Part shown: positions 59,132 to 64,000 of the stretch, in pieces
Layout: every line of letters starts with the position of its first letter
Numbering within the stretch: position 1 is the first letter of the stretch
From: an uncultured Pelagibacteraceae bacterium
GTDB lineage: Bacteria > Pseudomonadota > Alphaproteobacteria > Pelagibacterales > AG-422-B15
Assembly: GCA_902589175.1 (NCBI GenBank)
Contig: CACIRX010000001.1
Span: 516 to 64,515, forward strand
DNA: 64,000 nt
Direction: 5' to 3'
Notes under the pieces: generated by a model
What the model was told of the DNA's origin: nothing
Database searches by the model: none
Seen by the model: the letters and a program-made list of their open reading frames with translations, nothing else
Program-made: the position numbers and the translations under genes

Positions 59132-59679
59132 AGACAGTCAAGTTTACCGAAATGAAAAAAGGATCAAAAGAAGATTATGAACTTTTGGCTGAATATGAAA
59201 AAAACTATGTAAATGAACTTCCGGATCGAATTTTAGAATCATTAAAAAACTTAGATAATTCAGTGGACGGGTACCAAGTAACAAGACTTGAGCATTCTTT
59301 GCAATCAGCAACCAGAGCTGAAAAAGATGGGGCAGATGAAGAAATGATTGTTGCTACATTGTTGCATGATATAGGAGACAGTCTTGCTCCATACAATCAC
59401 AGTCAATTCATAGCTGCTGTTTTAAGACCGTATGTTTCTGAAAAGGTTCATTGGATTATGTTGCATCATGGGCTTTTTCAAGAATATTATTATGCTCATC
59501 ATTTAGGTAAAGATAGAAATTCACGAGATAAATTTAAGGATCACCCATACTATCAAGATGCGGTCGACTTTTGTGAAAAGTGGGATCAAAAATCTTTTGA
59601 TCCTAATTATGAATCCTTCCCGTTAGATCATTTTGAACCAATGGTGAGAAGATTATTTTCTAAAGAGCCAAATTTTTAA
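59128..59679 (+). CDS. HD-domain protein with a PhnZ/TmpB-like ligand pattern (candidate mixed-valent diiron oxygenase)
   Basis: A 183-aa protein with the ordered ligand pattern H (LEHSL), HD (LLHDIG), H (YNHSQ), H (IMLHHG), D (WDQKSFD). The ATG at 59128 overlaps the stop of the dioxygenase gene. Confidence 0.6.
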   Translation: MKTVKFTEMKKGSKEDYELLAEYEKNYVNELPDRILESLKNLDNSVDGYQVTRLEHSLQSATRAEKDGADEEMIVATLLHDIGDSLAPYNHSQFIAAVLRPYVSEKVHWIMLHHGLFQEYYYAHHLGKDRNSRDKFKDHPYYQDAVDFCEKWDQKSFDPNYESFPLDHFEPMVRRLFSKEPNF

Positions 59680-60803
59680 GCTATCTTTTTTACAATTACA
59701 TTTCCAACTGAATAACCAGCTCCAAATGAACATATAATTGCTAAATCATTTTTATTTAATGATTTATTGTATTTATGAAAGGCAATAATTGAACCAGCTG
59801 AACTTGTATTTGCATATTCATCCAAAACTACAGGTGCTAACTCTTTTGGGGCATCTTTTCCCAATACATACTTTGAAATTAAAACATTCATATTCTCGTT
59901 GGCTTGATGAAGATACATGCCTTTGAGATCATTGGCCGATAAGTTATTTTCTTCTAAATGTGATTTGATTAAGTTAGAAACTTCTGGAACAACTTCTTTA
60001 AATACCTTTCGTCCATTTTGATGAAATAATTTGTCTGACTGACCAACGCCATCAGGCGATGAATTATTTAAAAAGCCGTAATTATTTCTTATATTATTTG
60101 AAAACTTAGTCAATAATCTCGTACCAATTATTTCATAGGAGTTTTCTATAATATTTTCTTCATTAAGACGTTCTAAAATAACTGCAGTCGCAACATCTCC
60201 AAAAATAAAATGACAGTCTCGATCTCTGAAATTCAAATGTCCGGTACAAATTTCAGGATTAATCATGATAGCAGACTTTATACTCCCAGACTTGATCATA
60301 TCGAAAATAGTTTGAATTCCAAAAGTTGCCGATGAACATGCAACATTCATATCAAAAGCAAAACCCTTAATACCCAGAGCATTTTGTATTTCAATTGCAA
60401 TTGCTGGGTAGGCACGTTCAAGATTTGAACAAGCTACAATTACTGCATCAATATCTTCTACATCGATGTTTGAGTTTTTAATTGCATCTTTAGCTGCTAT
60501 GACTCCCATTTCAGCTAAATTAGATAATTCTTCTTCTGACCTTTCCCTCAATTTAGGCCTCATAAAAGAAGTATCTAGAATTCCTGTTTTATTTTGTACA
60601 TATCTTGATTTAACACCCGATGCTTTTTCTATGAATTCAGCGCTGGATTTTTCCAAAGCTTGGGTTTTTCCATTTTTAATATCTTCTGAATTTATTTCAT
60701 TAAATTCATCAACATATTTATTGAATGATTGTACCAATTCCTCATTAGAGATTTTTTCCTTAGGAGTGTAAAGGCCGGTTCCAGAAATTTGTACTTTATA
60801 CAT
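59676..60803 (-). CDS. Beta-ketoacyl-ACP synthase III (FabH-like) family protein, long form
   Basis: Has a thiolase-fold KAS III pattern: active Cys MNVACSSATFG, YLHQANENM and FGAGYSVG, over 375 aa. Confidence 0.75.
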   Translation of the reverse strand: MYKVQISGTGLYTPKEKISNEELVQSFNKYVDEFNEINSEDIKNGKTQALEKSSAEFIEKASGVKSRYVQNKTGILDTSFMRPKLRERSEEELSNLAEMGVIAAKDAIKNSNIDVEDIDAVIVACSNLERAYPAIAIEIQNALGIKGFAFDMNVACSSATFGIQTIFDMIKSGSIKSAIMINPEICTGHLNFRDRDCHFIFGDVATAVILERLNEENIIENSYEIIGTRLLTKFSNNIRNNYGFLNNSSPDGVGQSDKLFHQNGRKVFKEVVPEVSNLIKSHLEENNLSANDLKGMYLHQANENMNVLISKYVLGKDAPKELAPVVLDEYANTSSAGSIIAFHKYNKSLNKNDLAIICSFGAGYSVGNVIVKKIA

Positions 60804-60863
60804 ATTGGAAACTATAAAATTTAAGTAGATGCTTTGACTAGTTAACTTTTTTTTCTAATTATT

Positions 60864-60898
60864 ACAAAAAAAGAAAACTGACCCTAAAAAAGGGCCAG
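60864..60898 (-). terminator. Rho-independent terminator after the micro-lipoprotein gene
   Basis: The reverse-strand RNA is CUGGCCCU-UUUUU-AGGGUCAG (8 bp including one G-U) followed by UUUUCUUUUUUUGU. On the plus strand the same helix has an A-C mismatch, so it is orientation-specific. Confidence 0.65.
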
Positions 60899-60908
60899 CT
60901 TCTAATAT

Positions 60909-61025
60909 TTATATTCCTGGAATATAAGGAACGCCATCACCTTTAATAGTTTCATTTATGCTTTGCAATGTAGTACAAGCTGAAATCATAAAACTGAAAG
61001 CTAAAACTGTAAGAGTAGTACGCAT
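60909..61025 (-). CDS. 38-aa lipoprotein micro-ORF
   Basis: MRTTLTVLAFSFMISACTTLQSINETIKGDGVPYIPGI has a signal peptide plus lipobox (ISAC). A GGAG lies about 8 nt upstream and its own terminator lies downstream. Not in the ORF track. Confidence 0.55.
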   Translation of the reverse strand: MRTTLTVLAFSFMISACTTLQSINETIKGDGVPYIPGI

Positions 61026-61096
61026 GCTTTTTCTCCTAATTATTTAAAGATACTATATTTAATTAAGTACTAATTACAATTATTATGTTTAGAATC

Positions 61097-61345
61097 ATGA
61101 AATTCTATGTGTATATCATTGGCACAACAAATCCTAAGCCTAGGACATATGTTGGTTGGAGCAATAATATTGATAAGAGAATAAGGGCTCATAACGCCTC
61201 AAAAGGTGCAAAATACACTAGAGGTAGCAAATGGAAACTTTTGTATAAAGAGATTTTTGTGTCTAAATCAGAAGCAATGAAAAGGGAAATTGTTTTAAAA
61301 AAAGATCGTAAACTCAGAACGCAACTTAGAAAAAAACTAGTTTAA
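61097..61345 (+). CDS. GIY-YIG nuclease superfamily protein (UPF0213/YhbQ-like)
   Basis: Contains FYVYIIGT...TYVGWSNNIDKRIRAHN...GAKYTRG...KSEAMKREIVLKK. ATG 61097 is preferred over 61085. Confidence 0.75.
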   Translation: MKFYVYIIGTTNPKPRTYVGWSNNIDKRIRAHNASKGAKYTRGSKWKLLYKEIFVSKSEAMKREIVLKKDRKLRTQLRKKLV

Positions 61346-61759
61346 AGTTCCGTATTCACTTCTTCCTTTTTTTCTTAGTCCGTAAGGACCAGCAATATAA
61401 ATTGTAATTGGCTTAATGCCTGGTTCTAAGTCAACCCGGTGCAAATTATCAGCACTTCTAAAGCCTATATAAAATTTTCCACGCCATTTTCTTTCTTCTT
61501 TGATGTTTGTCTCCCAGTAGCCACCACTTAAAATAATTGTAATATATGGAAAGGGATGATTGTGCAGTCCAATTCCATGATCATTATCTAAAATATGATG
61601 AATAAGTATATTGAAAGGAAACCATTTTGGTCTTTTTCTAAATAGCAAATAATACCTAGCTGTCCATGGTTTTGCTAAATGATATTCTGGATGTGAAGGG
61701 CCTCTATCCATCACAACTTTTTTTCGTCCTAATTTCTCTAGTATCTTAAGAAAAAGCAT
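61337..61759 (-). CDS. Hypothetical protein with cupin-like HxH motif
   Basis: The track ORF 61337..61945 runs through tRNA-Arg, so it is trimmed to ATG 61759 (140 aa). The GLHNHPFPYITIILSGGYWE ... LHRV pattern suggests a small metal-binding beta-barrel. No family was recognised with certainty. Confidence 0.45.
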   Translation of the reverse strand: MLFLKILEKLGRKKVVMDRGPSHPEYHLAKPWTARYYLLFRKRPKWFPFNILIHHILDNDHGIGLHNHPFPYITIILSGGYWETNIKEERKWRGKFYIGFRSADNLHRVDLEPGIKPITIYIAGPYGLRKKGRSEYGTLN

Positions 61760-61782
61760 GGTACGTGAAATATAATATAGAT

Positions 61783-61859
61783 GCGTCCGTAGCTCAACTG
61801 GATAGAGCATCAGACTTCGGATCTGAGGGTTGAGGGTTCGAATCCTTCCGGGCGCACCA
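61783..61859 (+). tRNA. tRNA-Arg (anticodon TCG), CCA encoded
   Basis: Hand-folded cloverleaf: acceptor GCGTCCG/CGGGCGC (one G-T), D stem GCTC/GAGC, anticodon stem TCAGA/TCTGA with loop CTTCGGA, T stem GAGGG/CCTTC with TTCGAAT, then ACCA. Confidence 0.92.
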
Positions 61860-61868
61860 GAAAAAACT

Positions 61869-62468
61869 ATGAAGATATATAAACCATTTGGACCAACAAT
61901 AGGCAAAACAAAGCTCTCATCGAGAACAGTTATAAACTTAAACAAGTTTTCAGATCAAGTGTCAAAAAATAAGTCCTTATCTAAAAAGTATGATTATGAT
62001 CATAGGCTCATAGGAAGTATGAAACAGCAGTTTAAAATACCAAATAAAATTCTAAAATCTGGAATAGAAAAACAGATAATTAATTCAATAAAAGATTATT
62101 ATAAGCAAACATTAAATATAAAAGTTAAGAAAATTAAAATTGAAAGAGCTTGGATAGTTAGTCAGTATGCTGGAGATTTTAATCCACCCCATTTACATAG
62201 AGGCAATATCAGTGGTGTAGGATATTTAAAAATTCCCTCGTCTATAAGATTAAATAAAGAAAAAGATTTAGCAGGTTTAATATCATTTTTTGATGGCCGT
62301 GTTTCGATGCCCAGGAATAGCCCTCCGCTTGTTAAGCACCGTGAAACATTTAAGCCCAAGGTAGGAGATTTATATATTTTCCCTTCTTTTTTAATGCATG
62401 ATGTCCACCCTTTTAGAGGAGATGGTGAGAGACGGTGTTTTTCTTTTAATGCATTCGTAGATGCTTAA
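61869..62468 (+). CDS. Putative 2OG-Fe(II) oxygenase (2OG-FeII_Oxy_5 / TIGR02466-like)
   Basis: The track ORF 61830..62468 is trimmed to ATG 61869, 9 nt after the tRNA. Contains PPHLHRGNISGVGYL, GDLYIFPSFLMHDVHPF and RRCFSFNA. Confidence 0.65.
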   Translation: MKIYKPFGPTIGKTKLSSRTVINLNKFSDQVSKNKSLSKKYDYDHRLIGSMKQQFKIPNKILKSGIEKQIINSIKDYYKQTLNIKVKKIKIERAWIVSQYAGDFNPPHLHRGNISGVGYLKIPSSIRLNKEKDLAGLISFFDGRVSMPRNSPPLVKHRETFKPKVGDLYIFPSFLMHDVHPFRGDGERRCFSFNAFVDA

Positions 62469-63103
62469 TAATGTTTCTTGTTAAAATTTTTTAATTCTTC
62501 ATTAATTAATTTTTTAGACAAAGAACCTTCGCGTATAATGTTTATTTGATTATTTTTAGTTTCAACTAAAGTTGACTCTTTAAAGCTCATTTTACCTTTC
62601 TTTTCGATTGCATAAGCGACATCTTTTGATTTTATTATTCCTAATTGATTTAAAGATTTTATATTTATTTCTCCATGAATGTTAGCGCTTGTAGTTGCAA
62701 GTGGCTTTTGCATGTATTCGAGAATTTTTATAACATCTTTATTTTTTGGAATGCGTATACCTACTTTAGACAATCTTTTATCCCCATTGTAAAACTTTTT
62801 TCCTTTCTTTTTTAATATCAAAGTAAGTGGTCCAGGCCAATATTTTGATGCCAAATATTCTTCAAAAGGTGAAAATATTGCAAGCTTTTTAGCTTCAGCT
62901 ATTGAATGAGTAAACAAAATAAGAGGAAATCTTTTAGGTCTTTTTTTAATCTTAAATATATTTTCAACGCCTTGAAAACTCTTTGCATCGGCTGCAATAC
63001 CATAAACAGTATCTGTTGGGATTACTATAGTTTTTCCTATTAGTAGACTTCTAGTTATAATTTTAATATTATTTGAACTTAGATTTATTATTTTAGATTT
63101 CAT
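62465..63103 (-). CDS. tsaC: L-threonylcarbamoyladenylate synthase (TsaC/YrdC domain)
   Basis: Contains IVIPTDTVYGIAADA, YWPGPLTLIL, GIRIP and LATTSANIHG. The start is at ATG 63103 (MKSKIINL). Confidence 0.85.
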   Translation of the reverse strand: MKSKIINLSSNNIKIITRSLLIGKTIVIPTDTVYGIAADAKSFQGVENIFKIKKRPKRFPLILFTHSIAEAKKLAIFSPFEEYLASKYWPGPLTLILKKKGKKFYNGDKRLSKVGIRIPKNKDVIKILEYMQKPLATTSANIHGEINIKSLNQLGIIKSKDVAYAIEKKGKMSFKESTLVETKNNQINIIREGSLSKKLINEELKNFNKKHY

Positions 63104-63106
63104 TAA

Positions 63107-64000
63107 ATGACTCAAACACAAATATATTTCGATGATAGTTTTAAAGATCACGTATCTTCTCTCGATTATCCAGAGAGAACTGATCGGGTAAAAAATATCA
63201 TCGATTTAATAAATAATGAAGAATTTAAAAATATATCATTAATTAAACCGAATAAGGTAGATTACTCTCATATTTATGAAGCACATGATAAAAGTTTTGT
63301 AGATGAAACTCTTGATCGTTTTCCAAAAGATGAACAGATAGTTTTTCTGGATCAAGAAACACCTGTATCTCGCGGTTCTTTTGAGGCAACATTAAAAGCT
63401 GCAGGCGCTGGCATAGACGCAGCAGATAACGTTATAAATAAAAAATGTATGAATGCGTTCTGTATTGTAAGGCCGCCAGGCCATCATGCATGTTATGACC
63501 GTTCAATGGGTTTTTGTGTATTTAATAATGTAGCTATATCTGCAAAGTACTTGATTAATAGGTATGGTTTAGAAAATATTGCCATTATCGACTTTGATGT
63601 TCATCATGGAAACGGAACGCAAGATATATTCTATGAAAATTCTAAGGTACATTACTATTCAACTCATCAATATCCATTGTATCCTGGAACAGGCGATACA
63701 AATGAAAAGGGAGTAGGCAATATTGTTAATGTACCTCTTCAAGCAGGTACAAATTCATCTCAATATCAATCGGCATTTGATGAGATGATTATAAAAAAAT
63801 TACATGATCAAAAACCAGATTTTTTGATTTTATCAGCGGGTTTCGATGCTCACGAAAAAGACCCATTGGCATCGCTAGAACTTTTAGAAAATGATTTTAA
63901 ATTGATAACACAAAAGTTGATGAGTATTGCAAATAAATATTGTGATAACCGAATTATTTCTATGCTTGAAGGTGGATATGATATACAAGCTTTAGAAAAT
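63107..64000 (+). CDS. Histone deacetylase-family amidohydrolase (AcuC/APAH-like), 5' part; continues past the window
   Basis: Hand translation from ATG 63107 gives MTQTQIYFDDSFKDH...RPPGHHA...IIDFDVHHGNGTQ...SAGFDAHEKDPL...EGGYD. It is open to the window end and not in the ORF track. Confidence 0.85.
   Translation, partial: MTQTQIYFDDSFKDHVSSLDYPERTDRVKNIIDLINNEEFKNISLIKPNKVDYSHIYEAHDKSFVDETLDRFPKDEQIVFLDQETPVSRGSFEATLKAAGAGIDAADNVINKKCMNAFCIVRPPGHHACYDRSMGFCVFNNVAISAKYLINRYGLENIAIIDFDVHHGNGTQDIFYENSKVHYYSTHQYPLYPGTGDTNEKGVGNIVNVPLQAGTNSSQYQSAFDEMIIKKLHDQKPDFLILSAGFDAHEKDPLASLELLENDFKLITQKLMSIANKYCDNRIISMLEGGYDIQALEN

Noticed and set aside
61760-61945. Extensions of ORFs 61337..61945 (-) and 61830..62468 (+) across the tRNA-Arg gene
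   Set aside because: Both long ORF versions read through a perfectly folding tRNA. Internal ATGs at 61759 and 61869 give sensible proteins that do not overlap the tRNA.

Overview
The window is AT-rich (about 30% G+C by eye) and very gene-dense. It holds roughly 75 protein genes and 2 tRNAs. Most spacers are under 120 nt, and many neighbouring genes overlap by 4 nt. Gene order is alphaproteobacterial: pntAA-pntAB-pntB, purE-purK, tkt-gap-pgk-fba-efp-suhB, DUF4164-zapA-5FCL-ymdB-yebC, tolQRAB-pal-cpoB-tilS-ftsH-folP-glmM-purA, rpoH. Together with the composition, this points to a streamlined marine SAR11/Pelagibacterales-type genome (inference). No rRNA, CRISPR array, IS element, integrase or prophage was seen. 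Positions 1-40.9 kb are mostly housekeeping genes. Oddities there include a stand-alone GlmU C-terminal domain, a SET-domain protein, an Hjc-like nuclease where ruvCAB normally sits, an rpsU with no canonical start codon, and several unannotated micro-ORFs. Positions 40.9-59.7 kb form a contiguous catabolic supercluster for quaternary-amine and sulfonium osmolytes. It contains choline dehydrogenase, a DMT transporter, a glycine-betaine ABC transporter, dimethylglycine dehydrogenase, betaine-homocysteine methyltransferase, a gamma-butyrobetaine/carnitine module (BBOX-like, carnitine dehydrogenase, BKACE), an aldehyde dehydrogenase and an acetoacetyl-CoA synthetase. The two most interesting elements lie inside this cluster. 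One is a single sharply GC-rich ORF (50181..51551) that looks like a horizontally acquired DddP-type DMSP lyase. The other is a translationally coupled pair of a BBOX-like dioxygenase and an HD-domain protein (58037..59679) that resembles the TmpA/TmpB trimethyl-aminoethylphosphonate-to-betaine pathway. The right end (60.8-64 kb) is a small accessory patch around tRNA-Arg: a micro-lipoprotein, GIY-YIG, a cupin-like protein and a 2OG-Fe(II) oxygenase, followed by tsaC and a partial HDAC-family gene. All functional calls come from motif and family recognition by eye; no searches were run.
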